64,000 nucleotides of DNA. Source: Octopus vulgaris (lineage: Eukaryota). Within the stretch, counting starts at the first letter, position 1. Every line of letters begins with the position of its first letter. The notes beneath the pieces are model-generated. The model did no database searches and was not told the origin of the DNA. It saw nothing but the letters and a program-made list of their open reading frames with translations. Shown piece by piece: positions 24,830 through 38,756 of the stretch. Position numbers and translations under genes: made by a program. The stretch is taken from contig OX597825.1 in the NCBI GenBank assembly GCA_951406725.2, positions 47,244,001-47,308,000 on the forward strand. The letters are read 5' to 3'.

Positions 24830-27461
24830 ATTTTGGGGGGATTGGTACCTTCATGGTGACAAGTCGTACTTTTCATATCTCTAGCCAGTCAGTAGCCAAA
24901 GAAACATATTTCAACTCAAACCAACAGTAACGTTCCTTGATTTTTCCCAAGACCCTCGAATTCTACTATCTTATTATCATCGGAGGATAAATTTACACTA
25001 GTTTAGATACCACCTGGTGAAACAAAATATAAACCAGCAGTGCTGGCAAAAGAAATCGAATAATCTCAAGATTAGTTCTAAAATTAGACTCGTGAGCACA
25101 ATTAATTTCTCTTGATTTGTATAAACACATCACTCTTTCTGATTTGTACTAAATACACTGAACTCTCATTACACAGTTATTGCCACACATTTCCGAATAT
25201 ATCAACATAAACTCTCCCACAGCACATTCACGATCATGCATCAGATCAGCAATAACTGACGTACAGTGTATAATACTGTTTTATAATTCAGTATCTAATA
25301 CTGAATATGGTCAATAATATTCTAAAACGTCACCGGGTAGAAAACGAAATGAGTGCACTGATAAATGCTTGGTACGCTCATCATAACCGAAAAATTAACG
25401 TCACAGTCCTTGTACAGATCTGTAAAACAGATAGTAAAAAAAGAAAAGAAAAAAAAAGAAAAAAGAAATCACAAGTCATTTCATATCTTACACACGCACA
25501 TGGTAATACTTGAAGTTATACTTGTCAATACCAACAGGTCTGGGGTCACTTCAATGACCCGTTAGCCAGCAGTTAGCAACATCCCTCTGATATCGCTATC
25601 TGACCTAATTCTACCCAACACTACCGTGGCAAACCAGGGCTCACTACCGCAATGACAACACCCTGCTACTGCTACTACATTGGAATCATCTTGTTTGGTA
25701 TCACAATCTGATCTCATTCTACCTAGCCTTACTATTCCAAGCCAAGTTTCACTGTCGCTTCATCAACAACAGTTAGCTACTGCTATTGCTACTACAATAG
25801 GACCACTGAAAAATGAGTCTACCAATATAGAAAAACCTCCACGTCAAAAATCCTGTCATTGCCATTCCCAAGGCAAATGTAGATTTAGCCCCATCGGCAC
25901 CACCAACAAGGGACGCTGTCCTTTTTTCCATCCTACCTTATACCGTAGACATGGTATAACGGAAAAAAAACTGCCTTCACCTTCACCTCAAATACTGTCC
26001 TAAGTACAGAGTCCATGGCCTTGATCCTAAATATGGATGCGTAAAAGTCAATGGATGCACCTTCTTCCATCCTAAACCCTATCACTAAGGATGTACCTGA
26101 ACTAGCACCATCTGAGGAGCACAAAACGAACAAAAAATAAGGATAAACAGCAATGGAGGGGTGCTTCAACAACAACAAAAACAAAATACAACCACACTTC
26201 ACCTCCTAAAAGCAAACAATGAAGATAGAGCTATGGGAAAACAATAACACCAAATAACATAAACATGAACAATGTATTATCTGACCAAGTGGCAAGCCAA
26301 AAAGGTAACTCTTTTTTACTAACTTATCTAGTAAATATGAAGGCCGACCTAATCCAGGAGATCCAACGAGTTATCAGCAGCCGTATATGCAAAACACAAG
26401 GAACACCCACCACCATCAACTTGCACATCACACACACAGAGCTCCATGCAAAAACTACCCTCACTGCTACCTCTGAACAACATAACACACAACACTAAGC
26501 GCTTAGAACAATACAAACATCAAACTACCCTGCCTCGGCATTCCTTCTAAATGTACGTGGCATCAACCCATCACTCACTGCCCCAAAATGGAAGATCCCA
26601 TACATAGAGAGTTGGCTTTCCGAAATGGCACACTGTATCCCTTTCTTTATCCTCACTGAAACTCACTTAAACAGCATTCACATGGATACCGAGGTGAAAA
26701 TAAAAGATTTCACCCTCATACGTGAAGACCGCACGGACCGAAATAAAGGAAGATCAGCCATCTTCCTCCATGACTCCTTTGCAGTTGATGCCAAGGACAT
26801 ATTTTCCAATGGCTACTGTGTATCCATATCACTATTCAACAAGGCTAATGACATGACAACTGTTGGCTTCTGCAGGCCTCCCCAACCACCTCTAAATTAC
26901 TTTGAAGAATGCTTCAACAAAATCAAGACCTTCCTTTAAAATTACAACTCCGGAAACATACTGGTGATGGGTGATTTTAAGATCCCTTATATAAATTGGC
27001 CCAGGAATACTCTGAAGTTAGGCAAAGCAGCAGCAGAATGACTCTTTAATCTAATGGTGGAATTGTTCTTGACAGAGCTAGTACTCGAACCAACAAGACA
27101 GAATTAAACGATATTGGATCTTATATTAACAAACCACTCTAGTTCCATTCACAGCATTTTCGTTGAAAAGACTCTCCTCTCGGACCACGACATGATACTC
27201 TGCAATTTTATTTCCGGCATATCAAAAGCAAACCATCCAATTCCTCTCCACTGCACTTATTTGACAATATAAACTTCCACAAAGCGGACTGGGGATCAAC
27301 CAGGAAGGGTCTGTCCTTTTTCGACTACTCCTTTACTCTTAGTTCCCCTGACATTGAAACCACATGGCAGCGCTTTGAGAACACTATCACCTATACATGC
27401 TCAAAACATGCACCTACGAAATCCACTAGCAGGAACGGAAACAGGCTCCTTAGAGAGCGAG

Positions 27462-27501
<40 letters not shown>

Positions 27502-28720
27502 GGGGAACTCATCAGGAGCATCAGCAGACTTAATAGAAAAAATCAACCAATTAAAATACTTCCACAACCAACACATACAACATCCACATTCAGCAACAAT
27601 GTAAACGGTGGAGTTAGAAAAAATTCATCTACAGACCAATATGAAACCTACATTGAAAATTAAAGAGCTGCAGAGGAACAGTAAGTAATAAAAAAAAAGA
27701 AACAGAACCCAAAAGTGTTCTTTTTCTATACAAATAAGCATAGGACAGCTGTCTCACCCGTTAGTTCATTGATCGATGATAACGGCATTCACAAAGATGG
27801 TGCTAAAGAAATGGTAGAAGTACTACAGGAGCAATACTACTCTGTCTTTAGTGATCTCACTGATATTGACGTAACTGCTGTGGACGAAGTTGAATCCAAA
27901 CATATTATCTCGGATATAACCGTTACTGCTTCAGACATCATAGCAGCTATAAAGGAGATCAAATACTATTCTGCTGAAGGCCTGGTAGATTCCACCAGTG
28001 TCCTCAAGGAATGTAGACACCAACTTGCAGTCCCTCAAACCAAACTCTGGAGAAATTCTTTAGACTCAGGTCATATACTGAAACAGTTCTTATCCCAGTC
28101 TATCATCCCGGTTTTCAGACAAGGGAACAGATCCCTAGCAGTCAATTATCGCCCAATCTCACTCATCTCCCATATCATTAAAGTGCTTGAAAGCGTGATG
28201 AAATCAAAGATAACTGGCTTCTTGAAGAGCCACAATCTCTCAAATTCAAACCACCATGGCTTTCTCTGCGGCAGGGACTGTCTAACACAGCTTACACCAC
28301 ATCGATGATATCCTTAAAGCCTTGGGATCAGGTTCAAAATCTAACGTCCTATATCTTTACTTCAGTCAAGCGTTTGACAGAGTCGACCACAATATTCTAC
28401 TGTGAAAATTGTCAGATGTTGTAATCCGCGAGAACTACTATACTGGATTGAGTATTTCCTGGAGAACAGAGCACATGATGCGATCAGTGGAATCCACTGA
28501 AGCCCAGCTCCACTTTATAGTCTATATAAACGACCTTTCCAGCGTCATAAAACACGGCAAAGTGAAAATACTCGCTGATGACTCTAAACTCCAGAAAATT
28601 ATCAATGAAGAAAACCGAACTGAGCTCCAGTTTGATCTACATGGTGTGACTCAATGGGTAGACAAAACTAAATGAGGGAAACTTTGAGCTGCTGCATTTG
28701 GAAGAAAGACTTTAGAAGAA
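24830..28720 (+). mobile_element. Near-full-length decayed CR1-like LINE: CCCH-finger ORF1, APE endonuclease and RT
   Basis: ORF1 CX7CX12CX3H and CX13CX5CX3H at ~25854-26072. APE motifs LNVRGI, ILTETHL, REDR..GRSAI, MGDF..P.INW, LDLILT, SDH. RT motifs NYRPISL.S.I.KVLE, HGF..GR.C.TQL, AFDRVDH, YINDL, ADDSKL. Confidence 0.9.
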
Positions 28721-28770
28721 AGACTATATCTATCTATGTATATATATGTGCGTGTGTGTATACATGTATG

Positions 28771-28802
<32 letters not shown>

Positions 28803-28825
28803 TGAATATATGTGTGTATATATAT

Positions 28826-28889
<64 letters not shown>

Positions 28890-28893
<4 letters not shown>

Positions 28894-29650
28894 ACTATAT
28901 ATGTAAGTAAGTCATCTAATCACCCGCCGAATATACTAAAATCATTAGTTAGAAATATTTCCCAAAGAATTTCAAAATTATCATCAAATAGTGATATATT
29001 TAACTCTCACTCTAACCATTACAATATCGCATTATCCAAGGCGGGATATGACCAGGAAACCACCTTTCTTGATATGGATAGCTCAAATCACCCAAAGAAT
29101 GAAGTGAATGTAAATGACGTAAGTAATAATAAATCTCATACCCTACATAAACATAAATTAATGGAGATAAAGAATCTAGTGTATAAACCAAATTATGGGA
29201 ATAAAAATAGGGAACAGATCATAAATAAATATGAAAATGCTAACCTAGGTAAACCTGATAGGCATAAAATAGTAGTAAAAGGAATAATAATTCTCGTGCG
29301 AATACTGATAACACTAATCCTTCCCACTCATACTTAAACAAAAAATATAAAAGAGAAAATATCATTTGGCTAAATACCCCCTTTAATTGTACGATCTCGA
29401 CGAATGTGTACAGTAGATTTAAATCTATACTGGAAAAAATTTCCCAGCCTCCCATAAATATCATAAAACAATTTCTAGGAGATCAGTAAGAATTTCATAT
29501 TCAACTCTCCCAAACATGGCTACCATAATAGCTAGACTTAATAGTAAAAACATTAAGTTAACCACGAGTAGAATGAATAGTAACAACAAAGATAGTAATA
29601 ATAATTGTAATAATAGCATTAACAATATATATAACAATAATAATAATAAC

Positions 29651-29718
<68 letters not shown>

Positions 29719-31074
29719 TAAAAATAATATTAATAATGATGATAACAATAATAATAATAACAACATTGATATAAATAGTGATAATAACAATACCAATAAT
29801 ATAGGTAGCATAGATAAAAGTATGGTAGGTGGGAATGATGGTAAGAATGGATTAATAACTAGTAACCCTAATTTGAATAACAACGTGATTACTAATAATG
29901 AAAGTAATACTAATACTAATAATAATTTAAATAACAGTAATGTGAGTGAACTATCCTTAAATAATTCCAGAACTGAATACTATCCCCTCAGTTGTAATTG
30001 TAGGATAAGATTAAAATGTCCGGTATCTGGTCGTTGTTCGGTCCAAAACGTAAGTTATAAATGCACTATAATAACCTCTAACAATAGCTTTCTTTATTTC
30101 GGATGTTCGGTGGATCTTAAAAGACGTCTTAACAATAATTTTTCCTCTTTTAGACTAAAACATAAGGCAGGTTGCACAACACAATCTAGCAAAATTTGGG
30201 AACTAAAAACAAATAATATAGGATTCAACCTAAAATAGGATATAGTTAGAAGGACGAAACCTTATAGAAATAGTAGGGAAGGTTGTCAACTTTGTTCTAT
30301 GTAAACTTATGGAATTTTAAAACGTCAGAGTAATATAAATCTGTTGAATAACCGTCTGGAGTTGGGATTATCTTGAATACATTCCACAACCCGAACGTTT
30401 AAATACTTTAAATAAAAATTGTGAGTATTCCTATATTTTTCAACTTTTAACTTTTTATTATAATAATAATAAGAAATATACTATACTAGCTTTCAATTTA
30501 ACTTTCATAGATGACTAAAAAAACTTCACTGTAAACTTGAAATTGGAATTTTTTCTAAATCTAATCTAGTTTTAAAATTAATAAGGCTTCCCCCCAGTTA
30601 TAAAATACTATGCCTACTCATAATAATAAGTAAAGGGGATTAATGACTATTTGACATTGACCTAGTTTCTCTCACCAAATAGTAGTAATTGGCATTTTGT
30701 TAGTGGCAACTACTGTCTTCAACTTTAATTCCTTTTATGGTATTCTGTAACCTCCTTTACCCCATTCCTACAACTAAAAAATCTTTATTACTTTTAACCT
30801 TATAGCAGTTAGATACAACCATAGCTTGGTCAGTCAGTGGTTGGACTTCACTACCTCATATGTTCCTAAAATTTAAATCTACATCTTTGTCTGTATATCT
30901 ACCTTCTCTATAATGTTGCTACTTGATTTGAAAGCTTTTATATTAATGGAAAACCTATATAATTGGCTGATGAGCACTCAGCATCTTAAATCTGTTTTAC
31001 AACTTTTAATAAAAAGATGTAGTGCGAAACAATTGTACCAAATTACCGGAGTCATTCTTGTTGCTTATTTTGAT

Positions 31075-31075
<1 letters not shown>
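28890..31075 (+). mobile_element. 5'-truncated Penelope-like element: RT thumb, Asn-rich linker, GIY-YIG, 3' UTR and hammerhead
   Basis: [32 protein letters not shown]; IIWLNTPFN; RISYSTLPNM; CNCR..KCPVSGRC..NVSYKC..YFG..KRR..SF; inserted between (TA)n tracts. Confidence 0.9.
30960..31045 (+). ncRNA. Type I hammerhead ribozyme with intact core
   Basis: UAAUUGG-CUGAUGA-GCACU..CAUCUU..AAGAUG.AGUGC-GAAA-CAAUUG-UA-CCAAAUUA; palindromic stem III ACAAUUGU; predicted cut after 31037. Confidence 0.85.
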
Positions 31076-31173
<98 letters not shown>

Positions 31174-31186
31174 ATATATATATATG

Positions 31187-31285
<99 letters not shown>

Positions 31286-31872
31286 ATAGAAGTGTGCATA
31301 TTTATGAATAAATCTCAATTATAATGGGGAGGGTTGCTAAAACACTTACATGTCTAGGAATAGCAGTCAAAACCGCCTTAAAGCCATTATAACCAATCAT
31401 ATATCTCTTCACAATAAAGCTGTCGGCGAGTAACATTGACACAAAGTTCAAAGCTTAAATGAAAGGTAAGTTCTCTATTGCAATTTCGAAGTTAGGAACC
31501 AAAACGGTTCAACTCTTCTCTTCAGGAGAACATACTTCTAGATACAAATTAACACAAAAAAACATACCTTGGCACTTAACATATGTTCCGACCGGCAAGA
31601 GTAATGTGTCAGCCTCTATCCACGCATTCAAATTCTGAATTCCAACATCATGCACAGCGTTTATAAGGAAATACCAGTAAATCGAGCCAAGGCGATAAAC
31701 TAGATATGAGTGAAAAATGAAATAATAAAAGGGGAATGTGAAAATACGTTAAGAAAGATATATCATAAATAATTCAATATATATATTTATATTTATATTT
31801 TTATATATAAATATATGACGTCTATATCTAGCATATAGGCTGTCCACTTTTAGTGGTCAGTCCTCTAAATTT

Positions 31873-31910
<38 letters not shown>

Positions 31911-31914
31911 CATA

Positions 31915-32963
31915 TAGAATTTGTTTTGGGGGCTTAAAAGTGCACCTGAATTTGAAAAACGTAGTTGTTTTCAAACAGATTTATTCACATACAAACCAAA
32001 TGTATATAAAACAAGGGGATTTTAACAGAATTGAAAATAACGAAGTAGAAATCGAGCAAACATGTTTAAACGATCAAATATTCACATAAAATTCAATGAG
32101 GTTCACAGGGATAGATAATATCAAAATAAATGTTTGGCGAAGAATATAACAAATGTACATTACTAAAAATTCGATCATATTGAGTTTTTATAGAATACGT
32201 GAACAAAAGAGAGAAGAGAAAAGGGGACGAAAACAGCCATACATACTTCATTCAGCCACTCACAGCGTGTAATAATATCAGAAACCTAGGAGTAATTGTT
32301 GATATCGTAGCTGGAGTGCCAACATCAACAATAAAGTCGATATAGCTCATGGGATGAGCGCCTGGATCCTAAGTACCATCCGGTACAGATCAAAGAGGAA
32401 AAGGATCCTATCACCTTTAAACGAAATCTGGACAAATTTTTTCCAGGAATACCAGATAAGCCACGTATGCCGTGATAGAACTCATTCAACAAGAACTCAC
32501 TATCCGAATGGACAATGAAACCAAAAATCTTGACTTAAAAAGAATTTAGCTATTAAGTTAGACATGGCCTGGATCAAATCTTTGGTTGAAACATATGTAA
32601 TGTATATATATATGAGAATTTGTTCTTGGAGTTTGAAAGGGCACCTGGATTTGAAAAGGGTGTAGTTGTTTTTAAATAGAATTATTCACAAATATACCAA
32701 ACTTGTTTCTACAGATTTTTGTTTATCAATGGTACAAATGTATATAAAGCAAAAGGTTTTTAACAGAATGTAAAATAACGAAGTGGAAATCGAACAAACA
32801 TATCGAAATGATCAAACGTTTACATAAAATTCAATGAATTTCACAGGCATAGACAATATCAAAGGAAATGTTTGGAGAAGAATATAACAAATGTACGTTA
32901 ACTAAAAGTTCGGTCATATTGAGTTTTTATAGAATACGTGAACAAAAGAGAGACAAAACAAGG

Positions 32964-33033
<70 letters not shown>

Positions 33034-33779
33034 ACAAAAATGTTCTTACAGTTTCTGTCGTCGTGCGTGTGGTTCTTTTTCCGTCGCGTACGGGGCTCTT
33101 CGCTTTTAATGGTGTTTTGTGTGGATAAGAGAATATCTTGTGTATATAAATGTTTTTACGCGAAAAGGTCTAATTTTGGATTCGTTATAATTTTGATGAC
33201 GTCTTATTATTTCTGGTGGATGTTTTTGATCAAAAGATAGAGTTTGTTTTTCATTAGTTTTCTGGTTGGATAATTGGTTGGTTGGTTGGTTCCTTGTACA
33301 TAGAAACAAATTTTGATAGGTAATAGGTTTCGTGGCGTCACATTATTTTGTTTTGTTTTGTTTTGGTGAAGTTTGGTGTTCTGCTTGACTGACTTCCCGG
33401 TCATTAGTTTTTGCGTAATGGACATCAACCGTTCCGGTTAGTTGATTCTCTTAAGCCGCTGATATTTGAGAAGGTGTATGATAATACTCAATATGACCGA
33501 ACTTTTAGTAATGTACATTTGTTATATTCTTCGCCGAATATTTACTTTGGTATTATCTATGCCTGTGAAACGCATTAAATTTGATCGTTTACACATGTTT
33601 GTTCAATTTCTACTTCGTAATTCTAAATTCTGTTAAAATCCCATTGTTTTATATGCATTTGCATCGTTGATAAACAAAGAGTGTTGAAACTAGTTTGGTA
33701 TATATGTGAATAAGTCTATTTAAAAACAACTACACGTTTTTCAAATTCAGATGCATTTTCACATCCCCAAAACAAATTC
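31915..33779. repeat. Three ~300-bp related copies: 31915-32220 (+), 32616-32960 (+), 33483-33779 (-)
   Basis: Shared blocks GAATTTGTT..GG..TGCACCTG.ATTTGAAAA and GAAGAATATAACAAATGTAC.TT.ACTAAAA.TTCG.TCATATTGAGTT. Confidence 0.8.
32225..32600 (+). mobile_element. 3' remainder of a CR1-like LINE, probably the continuation of 24830-28720
   Basis: KQPYIL..NIRNLGVIVD..NINNKV..A.GMSAWIL.T.R.R and FKRNLDKF..IPDKP, motifs that normally follow the N..KF.LLH region where the upstream copy stops. Confidence 0.75.
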
Positions 33780-33814
33780 TCCTATATTTCCTCCTGCGTG
33801 GAAATACACCTCTT

Positions 33815-33816
<2 letters not shown>

Positions 33817-33856
<40 letters not shown>

Positions 33857-35335
33857 CATACATACACACACACACATACATACATACATACATACATACA
33901 TACGCACATACATACACACACATATACATACATAGACACACACATACACACACACATATATACATACATACACACACACATACACACATACACGCATGCA
34001 CACATACATACATACAAACACACACACATACATACACTACACACATAGATAAATACATACATACATACACACACACATACATATACATACATACGTACAC
34101 ACACGCACATACACACATACACGCATGCATAAATACATACATACACACATACGTACATACATACATACACACACACACACACTTACACACACATACACAC
34201 ACACATACATACGTAGGTACGTACATACATACACACACACATACACACACACACACATACATACATACATACATACACACATACACACACACACATACAC
34301 ACATACATACACACACGCATACATATACATACATACATACATACACATACACGCACATACACACATACACACATACATACACACATACATACATACATAG
34401 ATACATACATACACACACACGCACATACATATACATACATACACACACACATGCACACATACACGCAGGCACACATACATACATACACACACATACATAC
34501 ACACACATACATACACACACATATACACACATGCACACACATACACACATACATACATACACACACATACATACACACACACACACACACACATACACAT
34601 ACATACATACACACACGCATACACATACATACATACATATACACACACATACGTACACATACACACATACAAACATACACACACATACGTACACCCATAC
34701 ATACATAGATACATACATACACATACATATACATACATACATATACACACACATACACGCATGCGCACATACATACATACATACACATACATACACACAC
34801 ACACTTACACACATACACACATACATACATACATACATACACACATATAAACATATAAACACACATATAAGCCTCTACATTGTACACACGCGCACACATA
34901 TATACATACATTCACTCGCACGCACGTACACACACACGCACACACACACACATTTACATATATACACGCACACACACATACACACGTACAAACAGTCACA
35001 AACTCACATACACACCGACAGGTATACATACACAATATACACCTATCCGCGCACGCACACATACACATAAACACATACAAACGCACACATACTCGCACAC
35101 ACATACACGTACATACATACACACTCACACAAATGAACCCACACATACATCCCTACACACACACACGCACGTACAAGCACACACGCACACATACAGTAGG
35201 TTAAGCACGGTTACTCGCCACACACCCAAACTCTACGCATACACACACGAACACACACATGCACACACACACACTACAAACAACCCACACACATGATACA
35301 TATACTTACACGCACACACATATACCCCTTTGTTT
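33817..35335. repeat. ~1.5-kb compound (CATA)/(CA) low-complexity tract
   Basis: Direct reading; source of the spurious 439, 348 and 255 aa ORFs. Confidence 0.95.
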
Positions 35336-35464
35336 TTTGATCTGGTTTTGACCTGGCTGGATACAACAAGTGCCACTCCTTTATGGCAGCTAGCTTGTTA
35401 TGCCTATTATTCACCATACATACACACACACACGCACGCACGCACAAACACACTTGTCATCCTT

Positions 35465-35508
<44 letters not shown>

Positions 35509-35666
35509 CCACACACATTCCTTGTCTTTGAAACTCTCTTGTTTTTAAAAATCATGATTCGTCTACCTCTCAACTTCTGTTCTTTCAACATGTGATATCT
35601 TGAGCACTACCAGCAAAAACATTTTTTTCCCTCTGTCTTCTCTTCTCGGGATCCTTCCTTCTCCTT

Positions 35667-35701
35667 GTTTCCGACGAAGAGCTCCGCTCGAAACGTTAAA
35701 C
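35667..35701 (+). ncRNA. Minimal type I hammerhead motif (U4->C) in a short PLE-type repeat
   Basis: GUUU-CCGACGA-A-GAGC-UCC-GCUC-GAAA-CG-UU-AAAC. Confidence 0.65.
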
Positions 35702-35804
35702 CCTCCTTCCCTTCTTTCCTGAGCGTCAAATAATACTTTAATTGCTCCACGTCCTCACGTTGCTGTGTTTTTCTGTGTTTTTTTCTGTGTTTTCTTGTTT
35801 GGAT

Positions 35805-35843
<39 letters not shown>

Positions 35844-36039
35844 GTGTGGGTCTTTGTGTCTGTGTTTGCCTCTCTTCCCACTACTTGACACCCGGTGCTG
35901 ATGTGTTTACGTCCCCGTACATCAACGGTTCGGCAAAAGAAACCGATAGAATAAGTACCAGGCTTTTAAAAAAATAAATACTGATTCGTTATATTTGACT
36001 ATATATATATATATATGTAAATGTAGTATGTGACAATTA

Positions 36040-36560
36040 TTCGGTAGCCAAGGTAAAACTCCGAGTTTCGGATGCCGAGGTGGAAATCCATGCCACCATC
36101 TCTTCAGTTATCAGATGTAGCGAGCCTGAATTTGGCGTTATTAAATGAGTTTAGATGCGCATAAATCTTCCACTTGATGAGGTCCGCGGTGGATCCTTTG
36201 TGCACTTATAGACGACACGCTTTACACATATCCTTTTCATAGGAGAGAATCTTGAGGCGCTACGCTTGGACAAGTACAGGTATAAATCGGGACGGTACAC
36301 GGGCACGCGTGCCATCTGGTGGTGGTCAGTGGGTTGTAGGATGGCACTGTCCACTGTGGGACCCAGGTAGTAGTGATAACTTCAGCTTTTCAGTTTCCCT
36401 ATAAAAATGTTTTTTGGTGTGAGATGGGGTGATCTCAGGGGGTATTCCACTGCACTTTTTCATCTAATTCAACTTTCTGGTGAAAAGTATTCAGGTAGAA
36501 TTGACACTACTACGACATTGTGTTAATGCCCCATCTTGCCAGAATTAAAACTTGGCATTT
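36040..36560 (-). mobile_element. Internally deleted PLE fragment related to 22288-24681, with an intact-core hammerhead at 36051-36114
   Basis: Minus strand SPMKRICVKRVVYKCT (degenerate CP..G.C....VVYK). GAUAA-CUGAAGA-GAUG..CAUC-C-GAAA-CUCGGAG-UU-UUACC. Confidence 0.7.
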
Positions 36561-37663
36561 TCAAAGTCCTCTTGAATACTTGGGATGACAGAATGTTCAA
36601 ATGGAACCAGTAAAAAAAGAACGTCCATTTAAACGTTTTGATGATAAGCCATATCATACAGTAACTCCTGATGAATTAAGATAATATTAGTCCGTAATAT
36701 GAGGATTTTCAGATCACTTGTAGATGCAACAGAGGCAATTAATTCAGACATTTAATTTTCATAGTTGTAAATTATTGTATTAAAAAGACTTGCTTACTCA
36801 ATACATCTTGTGTGTAATTATGCATGGATATTTACATGTATATACGTACACACCAAATAAATTTTACACACCTTGCCGAGTATCAATCGCATAACTCCTA
36901 TCTTCTTCATTGCGAGTATGGCCTATCTTTGGAATGCAACTTTTCCAGTGACTGCGCTTCAAAGTACGAGGGACGTTTGATTTTGAAGATCCTATCTCAT
37001 GGCTCGCTTGCCACACAAATTATCACCAACTCTGTCAATAGATTTCTAGTACCCTTTCTTACTTTGTGGGGTTCATCGGCACCCACAGTCATCTAGAATC
37101 TTTCTTGTGGACATTCTGAACAATTCCATCCGCTTCAAACGTACCATTAATTCGGATGATGGTAAATCGCATACGCGCATCTGTTTGAAACACCTGACTG
37201 CTTTTTCAAGCATTCAGCTGTATTTTTTCCACATCAGATATGTAGAAACGTACGTAGCGATGTATTAAATATTTATAAATTCCATCCTAGTATTATTGTT
37301 ATTATATCGGTATATCACATTATATCGGTATATCCATGATGCAACCCTGAAAATCTGACTTACCAGTCAGTATCATTAAACTGTAGCCAGCATAATGAAA
37401 CAGGAACTTTATTTGCATATCCCTAACATTACTAAAAGGAATTTAATATATATATATATATATATATATATGCTGGTATACATGTGTGTTATTTATCTGT
37501 ATATTTTGTGCATCTATATATGCATTTTAAAATTAATCTTATTCTATTTTTAGGAGGAGCCCCTGGATTTCATTCTTCACATGCGTATTTACTTTCTCTG
37601 TCTCTGTCTCTCTCTCTCATACACACACATACACACACACATATGTATATATATAAAAGTAAA

Positions 37664-37699
<36 letters not shown>

Positions 37700-37701
<2 letters not shown>

Positions 37702-38082
37702 TTTACTCTTTTACTTGTTTCAATCATTTGACTGCGGCCATGCTGGACCACCGCCTTTAGTCGAGCAAATTGACTCCAAGACTTATTCTTTGTAAGCCTA
37801 GTACTTTTTCTATCGGTCTCTTTTGCCGAACCGCTAAGTTACGGGGACGTAAACACGCCAGCATCGGTTGTCAAGCGATGCTGGGGAGACAAGCACACAC
37901 ACACATATATATACATATATACGACAGGCTTCTTTCAGTTTCCATGTACCAAGTCCACTCACAAGGCTTTAATCGGCCCGAGGCTATAGTAGAAAACACT
38001 TACCCAAGGTGCCACGCAGTGGGACTGAACACGGAACCATGTGGTTGGTAAGCAAGCTACTTACCACACAGCCACTCCTGCG
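37700..38082 (-). mobile_element. Full-length tRNA-derived SINE, family B, with internal microsatellite
   Basis: Minus strand head CGCAGGAGTGGCTGTGTGGTAAG..GTTCAGTCCC (A/B boxes), internal (TA)/(TG) tract, CGATAGAAAAAGTACTAGGC core, AGAGTAAAAG tail. Confidence 0.85.
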
Positions 38083-38756
38083 TTATTTTATCTCATGAGG
38101 GTCATTATACCATTAATAAACACACACACTGGTTCAATTTCATTTCTTCATAAATATTCGTCAATTCGTTCGCTATTTAACCAACAAACTGATTTATTAA
38201 TCAGTTAATCAATCAATAAGTTTGTCAAAGTTCTTTCGTTGCCATTCGCAATACTTTCATTGACGTATTCTTTTTACTCCAAGTCAGCTTCGGGACTGTC
38301 TGTCTTCTTTCAGGTTTAGTAATTATGTAGTGGTATGGATATGCATGTGACAAGGGAAGGAAAGAAAAGGAGATGCTGTGTGTGTGTGTGTGAAAAAGAG
38401 AGAGAGAGAGAGAGAGAGAGATTGTGTTGATACATGTGTGTGATTGTGTTGATACGTGTTCGTGTGGTGTAGTTGGTTCTATGAGCTAGAAGTGAAATTG
38501 AACCAGTGCGTGTGTTTATTATTGGCATTGTGATCCTCTAAAGATACAGCAGTATCAGCTTGAAGAAAGACTTTACAAAGGCAATCTTACAAACGAAATC
38601 CTAAAACAGCACACACACACACACACACACACATATACAAACGCACACGTATGCACAAACACACACACATGTTTCTTTTGATGTTCAGTTATAATAAAGG
38701 CTATCATACATTAGTCGGAAGAGTTTCTCTGTACTTCAACAAAGTAAAAATGTATC

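Noticed and set aside
33730-35296. Long ORFs (439, 348, 255, 242 aa) rich in H/T/Y/I or C/V/M/Y
   Set aside because: Stop-free translations of (CATA)/(CA) repeats, open in several frames on both strands; not genes. The same applies to most YI/HT/CV/LS/RE-rich ORFs in the track
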